Made by a program: the position numbers and the translations under genes. Of a stretch of 64,000 bases of DNA, positions 19,935-31,273 are shown one piece after another. Origin of the DNA: Nitrospirota bacterium (GTDB taxonomy: Bacteria > Nitrospirota > Nitrospiria > Nitrospirales > Nitrospiraceae); NCBI GenBank assembly GCA_963703955.1, contig CAVPGK010000012.1, positions 96,001 to 160,000 of the forward strand. Direction: 5' to 3'. The notes beneath the pieces are model-generated. The model was not told where the DNA came from, made no database searches, and saw only the letters and a program-made list of their open reading frames with translations. Every line of letters begins with the position of its first letter. The first letter of the stretch is position 1.

Positions 19935-19967
19935 AAAAAAAAGGGGGGAGCACAACAGCTCCCCCCT
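19935..19967 (-). terminator. Rho-independent terminator after the multicopper oxidase
   Basis: Minus strand GGGGGGAGC-tgttgt-GCTCCCCCC-TTTTTTTT. Confidence 0.9.
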
Positions 19968-19988
19968 GAATCTGCCGACAGCAGGCCG

Positions 19989-22900
19989 TTACCGTGAAGC
20001 GACCGGAACAGCTTGCGACGAGACAGGCGGCTCGGTTTCGGCCTTCTTTACCCCTGCCGCGGCGCCGCTGAGCGGCAACAGACTCTGATCGCCGACCGGC
20101 AACACCCGCAGATAGCCCCACTGTCCCGACTGTGAGTATGGGAGCCGCTGGTTGCTCCAGACATAATCCCCCGGCAGCCGATACGGCCCGCCCGCTGAAC
20201 CGATGAACGCGTCGATCGTCTCGGATCCGGAGAACTCCACGACACTGATCTCATCAGCCCCGCGCATGAACGGCTCGATCGGCCACTCATGCTTCTCGAC
20301 GCTGAACATCTGGTTTTGTTCGTTGTTCGCACCGAACACGTGGATCCGCACCGGATCTCCGGCATGCGTCTCGATGATCGGCGTCACCGGATCCTCCGGC
20401 TTGTCTGCGACACAGGGCTGGAACATCTTGCCCAAAGAGCAGCCCGCCTCCTCCCGGTACTTGTATGGTTCCGACCGGTAGTTGACCCCGGTGAGGCCAG
20501 CGACGTTTTGCACATAGGGCATGAAGCTGGTCCCGATGATGTTGTCCTCATCCTGGAAGAACAGTGAGGCGTCTCGATAATTGACGCGCGTCTCGTTTCC
20601 TGGAATCGTCCGGTCGATGATCACATCGGCCACCCAACTGTTCTTATTGGAAAGATCTGCCCCGGTCTTCGGGTCACGATACTTCGAGCCACGCGGCCCG
20701 ATAACCACGGCTCCGAACAACCCGTTACGCGGATTGGTCATGACGTTCCCCCAATCCCACACAAGGGAGCTAATCTCCCCCAGGAACGGATCGGCATAGT
20801 ACGTGTACGTCCGGCTCTCCCCGGGAGCGATGGTTTGATCGCCGGGGTTGTTGCCCACGTTCGCTCCCAGCGAGTCTTTCGGATCAAACGCCAGGCTGAT
20901 GGCCGAGAACGAAGCACGGCTTTCTTTCATCTTGTTTTTCAGATTGACCTTGATGCAGTCCCCGATGTTCGCGCGAATCGTCAGCGGCATCGGCTGCAAT
21001 CCTTCAGCGACTTTGGAGGCCTCTTCCTCCAACGTGTAGATCTTCGCCTCGGGGTTCGCGATTTGGATCTTCCGCTCGAAGTCCACCTCGATAGCTTCAG
21101 GTGCCTTCTGGTTGAACTTCATGTTCGGGAAGTCCTGCGCCACGACATTGAAGGTCTTGACCGGCGCGCCAGTCGGGCAGACCGGCTGCTTCTCCGGAAT
21201 CTCATTACGATGGGAGTAGCCCGCCGGCAGCTTCTGCAGATCCGGCGCGTCTTTATCCAACACCCGAACGATCCCCCAGGCGCCTTCCGAGAACTTCGAA
21301 GAGCGACCGTTGAAGTGGATGTAGTCACCGGCTTGCAGCCTCGGTCCGCCGGCCTGCGGCACGACGAGGTCATACCGCTCGGCAATGCCGATGTGAATCG
21401 AGTTCTTCCGATTCGGCGTCGCCCGCATACCGTTCCGACAGGAAGGTGTGACCCGACAGCGTCCAGGTCATCGTCTCGTTCATGAGGGTATGGAGCAACC
21501 GAAACACCATCGTGTCCCCAACATAGGCCCGTAACAATGGTGTGTAGGGATCCCCATGGATCTGGCTATTAAAGATTTGCGACACATCCGGATTGACGGC
21601 CAACCGCTCAGCGATCGGTCCGGCCCGGAAGTTCAGTCCGCTCCCCGTCGTATGGGTCCCGCCATTCAGGAACGGCATCGGTGACGAATAGATTTTATCC
21701 GGCATCATGAACGACACGGTCTTCCCGGCTTCCAGAGCCACCTCGACCGGTTGTCCAGGAGGATTGCCCGCTGTGACGATGTTCACCGTATGCGGGACTG
21801 TATCGTGCACCTGGACCATCAGTTCCCGGAAGCTGCCGTTCACACCATGTCCCACCGGCTCCACGGTCCGAATGTCGGCAATAGGACCACTCCGAATTTC
21901 CTTGCCGGTCTTGGGATCGTGATACGTAGATCCAACGGGCTCGGCAAGGAAGGTGCCGAAGCCACCGTGAGGCCAGGTGGTCGCCCCAAAGGCGTGATCG
22001 TGCCAGAACACCGTCCCCACGTCGGCATCCACCCAGAACCGTTGCCGCACGAACTCCACGGTGATGATATCGTTCGCCGGGTGGTCAAACTTCAGCGGCT
22101 TGCGTGAGGGTGATCGTATTGCCCTTGATCTCCTTGACGCGGGCAACCTCGTTCCCGTTCACGTTATCCGCACCGACCAGGATTTCAGTGTTCGCATGGT
22201 ATGGCGCGGCATTCTTGACAGTCACGGTGCTCGCACCTTTCTTGGCCGGCGCAGTGAGCACCGTGTTCATCGGCAACGGAAGCCCCTTCTTGTTCTTTTT
22301 CTCCAGCATCGTGAATGGCCGCACCGACTGCTCATAGGAAAAGCCGCTGATCACGCCGTCCGACGCCTGGTTGTCGAACTGCAGGAAATGCCAGTGCGTG
22401 TTGATCTTGGAGGACTGGAAGTTCGTGTAGTCGTCATCCTCCCATTCGCTAGTCAGCATCCAGTCTATGCAGTCATAAATATTCCCGCGGACGACGAGCG
22501 GATATTTCAGGTCATCGTTCTTGCGAATGGCGGCCTCCTCCTCATGCAGGACATAGATCAAGCCGGTTTGGTCGATCACGGCAGGTTCCTTGCCCTCCGC
22601 CTTGGCGATCTTGATCGGGAGCTTAATGAAGTGAACGTTGAAAGACTTGCGACCGGCGTTTTCCGGACACAGACTCCAGCGCCCCTGCTCGCCAGGCTTG
22701 GCCTGCTCAAGGCTCGGCTCACCATTCTCGTCCCTGGCGATCATATCCAACCATGGCGCGCCGACGTGCCTCGGCGAGAACATCACCCGCTTGCCGAAAT
22801 GCGGCGTCAGGTGCGGCCAGGCCACCTTCCCGGTAGTCGCCTCAAAGAGGATCGGCCGTCGCTGACCAGGGGTTGGCGACTTGTACTTGGGATTGTCGAT

Positions 22901-24860
22901 CGTGCTTTCTTTTTCGGTCATCGCCCGATTGCCGTTCCAAGCCCAGTCCAACACGGTCGCATCATACGACACGATCTGTCCCTTCTCATCATCCTTGTGA
23001 CCAGGCTTCCCTCGGGTGGGTAACTGCATCTCAACCCAATCTTTGATGTTGATCACGGCTGGGTTGGACTTCCAGTTGCTCTTTCCCTTGTCCACGATCT
23101 GAAACGTCTTGCCGAACCAGTCCATGGTCTTACCGACCAACTGGTCGGAACTGACGCCCGCCTTCATGCGGCCCTTGCGGTCCGGCAGTTCTCTGAAGAT
23201 CGGGCATGACATCATTCCGAGAATCCCCGACTTGCAGGGTGTTATACACACGCCAGTAGCCCCACATGCCCGCGACGTAGTGGTGCGCCACGTGGCAGTG
23301 GAACAGGAAGTCGCCGGCCAACTGCTGACACAGGCCTGAACCGCACTCGGTTTCCAGATCCAGCGCTTCCGACGGTCCAATGACTTCCACGTCCACCCGA
23401 TCTGTCTTAGCCCTGATCACCGGATACTTGACCGGGCCGTTCGTGGCCGTCGCCCAGAGGTTCATATCGTCGATGGCCCGCGGGCTTCGCGGCCAACGAA
23501 TCGACCCACCGTGTGGGTGGTGCGAATGAAAGACCTCCGAACCGCCATGCACAAGTCGGTACTTGGCCGGATCGCCCATGTAGGAACGAGGAATCGTCGT
23601 CGGCGCATCGCCGAACGTATAGGAGCTGTAGCCCATCGACTCGTCCTCGAACCCAAAGTACTCATGCTGCACATGCATATTGTTGATGCCGAACGGCTCG
23701 CTGCGGTAGTTCAGCGCACGGCCACCCGGGCGATAGGCATCGGTTAACGGGTCCCGTTGCGGGAGGAATTCCCCCTTCCTATTCACGGGGCGGAAGGCCT
23801 CATCGCCCACCTCATGGTAGATGATGACGAACTCGCGGAAGTCCGGACCGGTTCCATTCTTGATGATTGCTTGCCAACCACTCTTCATTGGAGTCGCATC
23901 ACCAGTACCGAGCGGATCAAGGTACTCCGACCCCTTGGGCTCAACAACAAAGGTGCCGAACAGTCCCATCACGGTGAGCTCGCGGTCATTACTGTAACTG
24001 TGAAACTGACGGCCACCCTCCTGTGCGCTAGGGTGAATATACCATTCAAGATCCTGCGCCTTCCCTTGCGCGACGATCGAATCCGGGTTGGTGGTGGTTG
24101 CAATCTTCCCGGTCGCACTGATGATCATGCTAGAACCGTGGATGTGCAAGCTGACATCCTCGCCGCCTTCCAGCTTGTTCTGAAGCTTGACTTTGACGCA
24201 ATCGCCTTGATTGGCTCGAATGACCAAGGGCTGAATCCACTGGTTCTGCAAGCCATTCATCACGGCACCGGGATCGTACCCCTCTTTTTCACGTGCTGCC
24301 TTGTTCTTGGCCTCTTCTTCTCTCACCCTGTCAAGGTTCTCGGTCAACACATACATGTAGCCGGGATAGTAATCCAGCCACTGATTGAGCGAGATCTCAA
24401 CATTAATTGCGGAGATATCATAGGCTCTGACCGGTGCGCCTGCCGGACATCGACCACCCTGCATCGAAACCGGTTCGTTCCGCGGATCCGACACAAGGAG
24501 CATGTCCTGACCGCCAGCTCCATACTGGTGCATCATCGACATGTTGTTGTAGAGCCCGTCCGTGTGTTGCATCTGCGCATCCTGCCCCATCTGAAGCATG
24601 ATCCGCTCATGTTGCCGTTCCACCATCGCTGCCCGTTCCGGCCGCCCTTCCATGGTGTCTTCGACAACGGTTTGTCCTTTGAGCTTTTCTGCCCACGTCT
24701 GGGCCTGGTCGGGCATGGCAACCTGCTGCGCCGAGACGTGTCCTTCATGCGAGGATGAAGGTTCGGCTGAGGCAACAAGCGGCAAGCACACCAGCACGCC
24801 GCCGGCTACGACGCCGGTGACACGCCTGAGGAAGTGAGAGGGAACAGTGGTGTAATGCAT
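19989..24860 (-). CDS. Very large (~1620 aa) exported multicopper oxidase, MnxG-like; split by three +1 frameshifts (~23192, ~22102, ~21414)
   Basis: Motifs LHIHG, HSHHPHG, FHCHVAHHYVAGMWG, THWHF and FWHDH. Four ORF-track pieces join seamlessly after removing one base at each junction. AAGGAGG RBS at ATG 24860. Confidence 0.85.
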
Positions 24861-25027
24861 GACCGGCCTCCTTAACATAAGATTAGGTCTGGATGAACCG
24901 ACTGTAGTGAGTCTTCGTCTTATTTCGTCTTAGGTGGCGGTAAGCTTTTTACGATAGCTCCCGATTCCTTACTCTCTAGCACGCGAACGTCCTGCCGAGA
25001 GGCTCATTCGCCCCTCCGGGAGGGCTC

Positions 25028-25056
25028 AACATACTCGCGTTGAAATTCTCTGTCAA
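25028..25056 (-). promoter_or_regulatory. Sigma70-like promoter of the multicopper oxidase operon
   Basis: TTGACA (25056-25051), 17 nt, TATGTT (25033-25028). Confidence 0.6.
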
Positions 25057-25271
25057 CCCCATATACTCAGTGCCATCCGCATGTTTTTTCCTCCTTATCT
25101 TCGGGACCATTTCCCAGACCCCGCAAGATCCAGACCATGCAGACCCGGCATGGTCGGCCCTACCTGCATGCACACCCAAGGCAACTAGGTCCTGCCCCTT
25201 CCTTGCTCCCCTCGCCCCACGAATCCTGTGAGGAGCATGAAGTTACGCACTGTCTTGTGAGATAATGGACC

Positions 25272-27095
25272 ATGGTTCTGAAGCGCTGGTTAGTAGGGCC
25301 GGCCCTGAAGACAACTCAGGCGGCCGATGAGCGGTTATCGAAGCGTCTGGCCCTGGCCGTTTTTTCCTCCGATGCTCTTTCCTCGGTCGCCTATGCGACT
25401 GAAGAAATCCTCCTCGTTCTCGTCTTGGCCGGGTCCGCCGCTGTGACCTGGTCCATTCCCGTAAGCGTAATGATCGTCACCCTGCTGGCGATCCTCACAA
25501 TCTCATACCGGGAGATCATCTTCGAGTACCCTTCGGGGGGCGGCGCCTATATCGTGGCGAAATCCAATTTAGGTGAGATGCCCGGACTCATCGCCGCCGC
25601 CGCGCTGATTATCGATTACGTCCTGACCGTTGCGGTCAGCGTGGCGGCGGGAGTCGCCGCCGTGACTTCGGCCATCCCGGTCCTGTTTCCCCACCGCGAG
25701 GCGTTGGGGCTGACGGCGATCATCGTGGTGTTGATCGTCAACCTACGGGGGGTACGTGAGTCCGGTCGAATTTTCGCCGTTCCGACCTATGTGTTTATCG
25801 GTTCGATTCTGCTGATGCTGGGCGCCGGTTTCATGCAGATCTTCCTGGGTCACAGCGTGCCGGTTGCTCAGGGACCGGCCGTTGCGAAGGACACGATCAC
25901 CGAAGGGCTGACTTTGTTCCTGCTCTTGCGTGCCTTCTCTTCGGGCTGTGCCGCATTGACGGGAGTCGAAGTGATTTCAAACGGTGTCGCCGTCTTTAGG
26001 CGACCCGAATCCAAGAATGCGGCGACCACCATGGCGGGGATGGCCACAATCCTGGCGATACTTTTTCTCGGGATCACGATGCTCGCCTATCATTTTGGGG
26101 TGCTGCCAAAGGAAGATGAAACGGTTGTCTCGCAAATCGCCCGCGCGACGTTCGGTGGCGGTCCGCTCTACTATCTCGTCCAAGCATCCACGATGGCTAT
26201 TTTGATTCTCGCTGCCAACAGCAGCTTTGCCGGATTCCCGCGCCTCGCATCGATCCTGGCCCACGACGGCTATATGCCGCAGCAAATGAGAGCCCGTGGG
26301 GATCGGTTGGTCTTTTCGAACGGGATCATCATCCTCGGCCTTTTTGCCTGCGCGTTGATCATTGTCTTCCGCGGGGATACCCACGCACTCATTCCGCTCT
26401 ATGCCGTTGGCGTCTTTTTGTCCTTTACGTTGTCCCAAACAGGCATGGTGAAACACTGGCTGGTCAAGCGAGGCCGGCACTGGCGCAAGCGCCTCACGAT
26501 CAACGGCTTAGGGGCACTGGCGACTGGGCTCGCGACCCTGATCATCGCCGGCACCAAATTCATGAACGGCGCGTGGATTGTGATCGGCCTTCTTCCTCTG
26601 CTCATTACCTGCTTCCGGGCGATTCACCGGCACTATGTGATCGCCGGGAAGCAGGTTGAGTTGGAGCGGGACCATCGTCCTCCCCAACCGAAGCGGAACA
26701 CAGTGGTCATCCCGATCAGCGGCGTGAATCGGGCCGTTCTGCGCGCGCTCGACTATGCACGAAGCCATTCCTCGACGATACGGGCGGTCCTGGTCAACGT
26801 CGATAAGGAAGAAACCGCACTGACTGAGATCAAGTGGGCTCAATGGGGATGCGGCGTGAACCTCGTGGTGCTTCCCTCGCCGTACCGTTCCGTGTTGAGA
26901 TCGCTGTTGGATTACATCGAGGATTTGCTCCAGAAGGATCCCAACGGCTGGGTCACCGTCGTCATTCCTGAAATTCTTCCGGCACGATGGTGGCAGAATA
27001 TCCTGCACAACCAGCGAGCTCTCATGCTGAAGGCAGCATTGCTTTTTAAAGAGAGGGTGATTCTCATCGACGTGCCATTTCATTTAGAGAGGTGA
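25272..27095 (+). CDS. APC-family permease, KimA/YdaO-like (probable K+ transporter)
   Basis: SSDALSSVAYATEE, YPSGGGAY, ALTGVEVISNG, LIPLYAVGVF, plus a C-terminal cytoplasmic domain with LHNQ. Confidence 0.85.
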   Translation: MVLKRWLVGPALKTTQAADERLSKRLALAVFSSDALSSVAYATEEILLVLVLAGSAAVTWSIPVSVMIVTLLAILTISYREIIFEYPSGGGAYIVAKSNLGEMPGLIAAAALIIDYVLTVAVSVAAGVAAVTSAIPVLFPHREALGLTAIIVVLIVNLRGVRESGRIFAVPTYVFIGSILLMLGAGFMQIFLGHSVPVAQGPAVAKDTITEGLTLFLLLRAFSSGCAALTGVEVISNGVAVFRRPESKNAATTMAGMATILAILFLGITMLAYHFGVLPKEDETVVSQIARATFGGGPLYYLVQASTMAILILAANSSFAGFPRLASILAHDGYMPQQMRARGDRLVFSNGIIILGLFACALIIVFRGDTHALIPLYAVGVFLSFTLSQTGMVKHWLVKRGRHWRKRLTINGLGALATGLATLIIAGTKFMNGAWIVIGLLPLLITCFRAIHRHYVIAGKQVELERDHRPPQPKRNTVVIPISGVNRAVLRALDYARSHSSTIRAVLVNVDKEETALTEIKWAQWGCGVNLVVLPSPYRSVLRSLLDYIEDLLQKDPNGWVTVVIPEILPARWWQNILHNQRALMLKAALLFKERVILIDVPFHLER

Positions 27096-27102
27096 TAGCG
27101 CA

Positions 27103-28164
27103 ATGCAACGTAACAAGCTAAAGGCAAGAAGTACAAAGCTGGTCCTGAGCTTTTGCCTTTTTGCTTTTACCTATTGCCTGTTGGCCCGCACCGAACATGC
27201 GCTGGCCTTTAGGATCATAAGCCCGACCGAAGGCAGCGCCTTGAAGGCAGGTGAAACTGTGCAGGCCAAGGTAGACCTCGGGAACGACCCCGGTGTCGTC
27301 CAAGTTCGGTATTACTGGTACGCCGAGATGGATGAGACACTGGTTGAAAAAGAGGAAGTCTCCTCCACCGGCTCTATCGTCGCAAAACCCGGGCTGGTCG
27401 CGACGGCATCGGACGACCCGCCGTTCAGCGGCAAACTGCGAGTCCCGGAGGAAGCCATCGGGACCATGCGCCTACTTGCCGTCGCGGATATCTCACGCGG
27501 GCGCCTCGGAGGCCGATCGGCCTTTGACGAAATTTTGGTGAAAGTTGAACCCGAAGCCGAGATCACATCTATCGAATTCGAAACGGACAAACCACTGCGC
27601 CTCGGGAGGGCCGGGCAGGCCGCGACCTATGGTCAGGTTGACTCTCTGGGCAAGATCTTCGAGCTTCCGGTCGTGGCGTTGTTCTCCGACGGCGTCCTTC
27701 GGTCGATACGGCAGCCGGGCACAGGAACTTCATATCGATCCTCTAACGAGAAGGTCATCAAAGTCCATTCCGGAGGACTTCTTCAAGTGGTCGGAAACGG
27801 GAGATCCACCCTTACGGTAAGCAATCGCGGCAAGCAGGCTGAACTCGATGTGATCGTGGAGGTTAATGAAGAGCCGAATGACCCGCCAATCGCCGACGCC
27901 GGAATGAGTCGGACCGTCAAGGCAGGGACTCGCGTGGAGCTGAATGGGATCAGAAGCCGGGATCCTGAAGGGGAGGCGTTGTTTTATTCATGGAGCCAGG
28001 TAAAAGGCAGCAAGGTGCCGTTGCTCGATGTCAACATGCCCAAGGCCTCCTTCGTGGCGCCACAGGTTTCAGAAAAGCGTCCTTTCCGATTCAAGCTGCG
28101 GGTAACCGACAAGTTAGGCGCGGACAGTTTACCGGCCTATGTCGATATTGACGTGGAACCATAG
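27103..28164 (+). CDS. Exported Ig-like (Big_2) + PKD domain protein
   Basis: Signal peptide; YRSSNEKVIKV..G.L..VGNG; NDPPIADAG...LNG..SRDPEG...YSWSQ. Confidence 0.75.
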   Translation: MQRNKLKARSTKLVLSFCLFAFTYCLLARTEHALAFRIISPTEGSALKAGETVQAKVDLGNDPGVVQVRYYWYAEMDETLVEKEEVSSTGSIVAKPGLVATASDDPPFSGKLRVPEEAIGTMRLLAVADISRGRLGGRSAFDEILVKVEPEAEITSIEFETDKPLRLGRAGQAATYGQVDSLGKIFELPVVALFSDGVLRSIRQPGTGTSYRSSNEKVIKVHSGGLLQVVGNGRSTLTVSNRGKQAELDVIVEVNEEPNDPPIADAGMSRTVKAGTRVELNGIRSRDPEGEALFYSWSQVKGSKVPLLDVNMPKASFVAPQVSEKRPFRFKLRVTDKLGADSLPAYVDIDVEP

Positions 28165-28193
28165 CGGCATTTCGAACCTGAGTTCACCGTTGG

Positions 28194-28472
28194 TCAGGAT
28201 GCCAGCATCAGATTCGCCGCCGGTTCGTTCCCTTTCAGGGAGACCAGATAGTCGCCCCGCTGCCGATGCCACAGCAGGACTTGGCCCGAACGGCTGAGCC
28301 GATCGACGGCTAAGAAGAACTGCGCCCAGTTCACGCCAGGTAACGAATCGGCCAGTTGGTCCAATGTCTGCGCACCTTTTCCCTTCAAAAGCCCAATGAT
28401 CCACTCATCCACTGAAGGTCTTTCCTGCATCGCCGTGGCATTCGAACGTCGGTCGTCAACTGAGGCGCTCAT
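28194..28472 (-). CDS. Small hypothetical protein, winged-helix-like
   Basis: GGAGG RBS; TLDQLADSLP..NWAQFFLAVDRLSRSGQV pattern. Confidence 0.6.
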   Translation of the reverse strand: MSASVDDRRSNATAMQERPSVDEWIIGLLKGKGAQTLDQLADSLPGVNWAQFFLAVDRLSRSGQVLLWHRQRGDYLVSLKGNEPAANLMLAS

Positions 28473-28554
28473 GTTCGACCTCCATTTCTCGGCCCGCGAT
28501 TTGACGCTTGTGAAAAGCTCCAATGATGTGACAGTTGTCGAGTGACAAGATACT

Positions 28555-28583
28555 ACAATAATTAGACCAGTGAGTCATGTCAA
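28555..28583 (-). promoter_or_regulatory. Sigma70-like promoter
   Basis: TTGACA, 17 nt, TATTGT upstream of 28472. Confidence 0.55.
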
Positions 28584-28726
28584 TATCGGGTAATTACTTT
28601 CTTGTGTAAGCTGGCGCCGAAGATGATCCCCCGCATACTGACGTTGTTCCTTCTGTCCTACCCCTCGTAAATGTTTCTTTCGCGGCATCGATACTCCCAG
28701 CATGAAGCGCCATGAGATCTTGCGAG

Positions 28727-28945
28727 CTATGTTGATGTCGGCTGCGATCGACTTCTTCCAGCCATTTGGTTAAGGCTGTGTTGACTGGCTTTTTCACAGT
28801 CGGTCTCGCGTTCCTCGACGGGTGTGCCTTCTATCCCACCCGGCCTACCTGGGCTCGGCGTTTCATGCTCCTCGACCGGCGTTCCTTCGATCACGCCACG
28901 CTGATCGGCACGATCTTCATCGTGTTCGTTCTGTGTTTCCTTCAT
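28727..28945 (-). CDS. Small acidic protein with a duplicated IEGTPVEE(H/R)ET motif
   Basis: The peptide repeat is conserved with different synonymous codons (atcgaaggaacgccggtc vs atagaaggcacacccgtc); GAGG RBS. Confidence 0.5.
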   Translation of the reverse strand: MKETQNEHDEDRADQRGVIEGTPVEEHETPSPGRPGGIEGTPVEERETDCEKASQHSLNQMAGRSRSQPTST

Positions 28946-28993
28946 ACCCACCTCTCATCCTGCTCTCATGTTGAGGATTTGCGGAAGTACGTG

Positions 28994-29317
28994 TCATGCA
29001 ACCCACCGCATGAACTCGGACGTCTGGCGCCGTACTTTCTTCCCGTGGGCGCATCCGTACAACTGTTTACTGCGGTTGCGACGGATGACCGGATCGACGA
29101 CATCACCGCACTGCACACAGCGCTCGGCCACAAACTCCAACTGTCCTGTGTCGTCCTGCAAATCCATGTACCGTGTGGGCGCCAGAAATCCCCCGCAACG
29201 AAGGCATTCTCCGATCGCCCGTTGTTGAATGACTAGGCCAGGCCCCTTCGCCTCCACACCATCTTCATGTGCGACCTCGTCCTCAACCACTTGAAGTGCC
29301 ATATTTTGAGATGCCAT
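28994..29317 (-). CDS. Small Zn-ribbon protein
   Basis: CLRCGG...RCVQCG; GGAGG RBS. Confidence 0.7.
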   Translation of the reverse strand: MASQNMALQVVEDEVAHEDGVEAKGPGLVIQQRAIGECLRCGGFLAPTRYMDLQDDTGQLEFVAERCVQCGDVVDPVIRRNRSKQLYGCAHGKKVRRQTSEFMRWVA

Positions 29318-29899
29318 ATCGAACCTCCTCTCCTTTCGGATCCCGTCCATGAGAAGGATGCATTGAGGTCGGAGACTGCAAATGTTGCACCCCACGGCAT
29401 CTTTTCCACGGAAGAAATCATCGATGAATGAATTCTCAACGAGATAGAGAAAGAGCAGCCTTTATGGCGTGATATCGTAGCGATTCAGCAATTTGGAGCG
29501 TCTTGTCAAGCGGCCTCGGGTAAGACCAAGATGAATTGACTTGCAGTACGCAAGTTTCTGGCAACCTCCCAGCTTGTCCGGAAGAGGACAGACCGCTCCG
29601 CTATGGGATAGCTGATCCTTCTCCTCGTCAGACAACTCCCTGCATGGAGCAGAGAAAAAAGATGACACCGAGCGACCGACGTGCTGATTTCACCTGCGTG
29701 GAAAGGCAGCTAACAATAGCAGACACGGGGATCGTCTTGGGCATGGATCACGATAACGTTCGGCTTCGTCATTACATTAGCGGACGGGCGATCAGCAATC
29801 AGCCACGGCCGACGCGGAACTGAAGGAACAAGGAAAAGCAGCGACTTACCCACCAAAGTTAGGGATCAAATCACCTTATCAGGAAATAAGGGAGGTGCC

Positions 29900-30580
29900 A
29901 TGGAAATGACTAGGGAGGCCCAGTTGGGAAAGCACGAAACATCGGTGAGCCAATATGAGAAAGCGAAGGCGTCCTTCGCCGTCGGAAAGATGGACAGCAT
30001 TGCATCGACCGCAGGCGAGAAGCTGGAAGCTGCGGCGAGCCAGCTCGAAGAACGGGTACAGGAGACCATGCGAGAAGTCAAAATGTCCGTCCTCGATATC
30101 GTGGACCATGTGAGAGATACGGCCGAAAGCTTTATCGACAGGACAGAGAAAGTGGTTGAACAAACAAAGCAGGGGCTTGATCCTCGATATCAAACGAACC
30201 GCCACCCTTGGCTGATGATGGGAGCCGCTGTTCTAGCCGGCTTCGTCATAGGCACGATCGAACAGCGGCGAACCTCCGGTCGGCCCGTGGGTTCTTCCCG
30301 CTACGCTTACCAAGGTCCACCTTATGGTCGAGGCTCCCGTCTCGTCCCACGAACGAATATTTGGGACGGCGTTGTTGGGAAGGTTCAAGAGGAAATCGAG
30401 TACGCCAAAAGAGCGTTGATTAAGGAGGGAAGAACCTTTATTCACGATTTCTTCCAGCAAGTCCTCCCCGCGTTGCTTACGCCCCTCCATCCGAGACGTC
30501 CGCAGGGATCGACGTCCTCGTCGAGGCTCTGTGACGAGGCTCAGGATGATGGATCACACTCTTCCCGCCTCAGAGGCTAA
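29900..30580 (+). CDS. Hypothetical ElaB/DUF883-like stress protein
   Basis: GGAGG RBS; amphipathic helices followed by HPWLMMGAAVLAGFVIG. Confidence 0.65.
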   Translation: MEMTREAQLGKHETSVSQYEKAKASFAVGKMDSIASTAGEKLEAAASQLEERVQETMREVKMSVLDIVDHVRDTAESFIDRTEKVVEQTKQGLDPRYQTNRHPWLMMGAAVLAGFVIGTIEQRRTSGRPVGSSRYAYQGPPYGRGSRLVPRTNIWDGVVGKVQEEIEYAKRALIKEGRTFIHDFFQQVLPALLTPLHPRRPQGSTSSSRLCDEAQDDGSHSSRLRG

Positions 30581-30662
30581 GCGGTCGTACAGGCGATGAA
30601 AGGTCGTGCGGGTCTTGCATAATCAGGTGTAACTTGCACAGCCTTTCCGTGGCACATCATCT

Positions 30663-31181
30663 ATGGATACCTTTCATGATCTGGCCCGACAGGTGACCGC
30701 CTTCGCACCACGTCTGGCCATCGGTGCATTCGTTTTTCTGATCTTCTGCCTGGCCAGTGTCGTCACACGTCGGCTTATTCTTCGTGTCAGTAAAACTGCG
30801 GACGTCAATACACGCTTCATCATCAGACTCGCAGGTCGAACAGCGGCCATCGCGCTACTGGCGTTTGGAACGGTCAGTGCGCTCGGTACGATGGGCATCA
30901 ATGTGTCGGCGCTCGTGGCTGGATTGGGGCTGACTGGTTTCGCGCTGGGATTTGCGCTCAAAGACGTGTTGTCGAATTTCTTGGCGGGAGTCTTGATCCT
31001 TCTCTACCGACCCTTCGAACTCAATGACTACATTGTCGTAGCGGGATCAGACGGGGTCGTCACCGAAATCGATCTGCGTTATACCACCCTGCAGAAGGAG
31101 GGACAGAGGTTTCTGATTCCCAATTCAGTACTCATCACCAACAGCATCAGCGTCCTCGAGAAGAATATGGGGGCAAAGTGA
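30663..31181 (+). CDS. Short MscS-family mechanosensitive channel (lacks the C-terminal domain)
   Basis: AGLGLTGFALGFALKDVLSNFLAG...RPF...IPNS. Confidence 0.85.
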   Translation: MDTFHDLARQVTAFAPRLAIGAFVFLIFCLASVVTRRLILRVSKTADVNTRFIIRLAGRTAAIALLAFGTVSALGTMGINVSALVAGLGLTGFALGFALKDVLSNFLAGVLILLYRPFELNDYIVVAGSDGVVTEIDLRYTTLQKEGQRFLIPNSVLITNSISVLEKNMGAK

Positions 31182-31273
31182 TAAGGCAATGGCGGACAGA
31201 TGAAGAAACAAAGACGACCAGAACCGTTCAATCCTGCTCTACGCCATTATCTGCCTAGCTCTTTTGCCCTACC

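Noticed and set aside
21400..23200. Programmed frameshifting in the multicopper oxidase
   Set aside because: No slippery heptamers at the junctions, and similar single-base insertions occur throughout the window.
24861..25271. yybP-ykoY (Mn) riboswitch before the oxidase, or c-di-AMP riboswitch before the KimA-like gene
   Set aside because: I could not find the conserved consensus blocks by eye. An Rfam scan is needed to exclude them fully.
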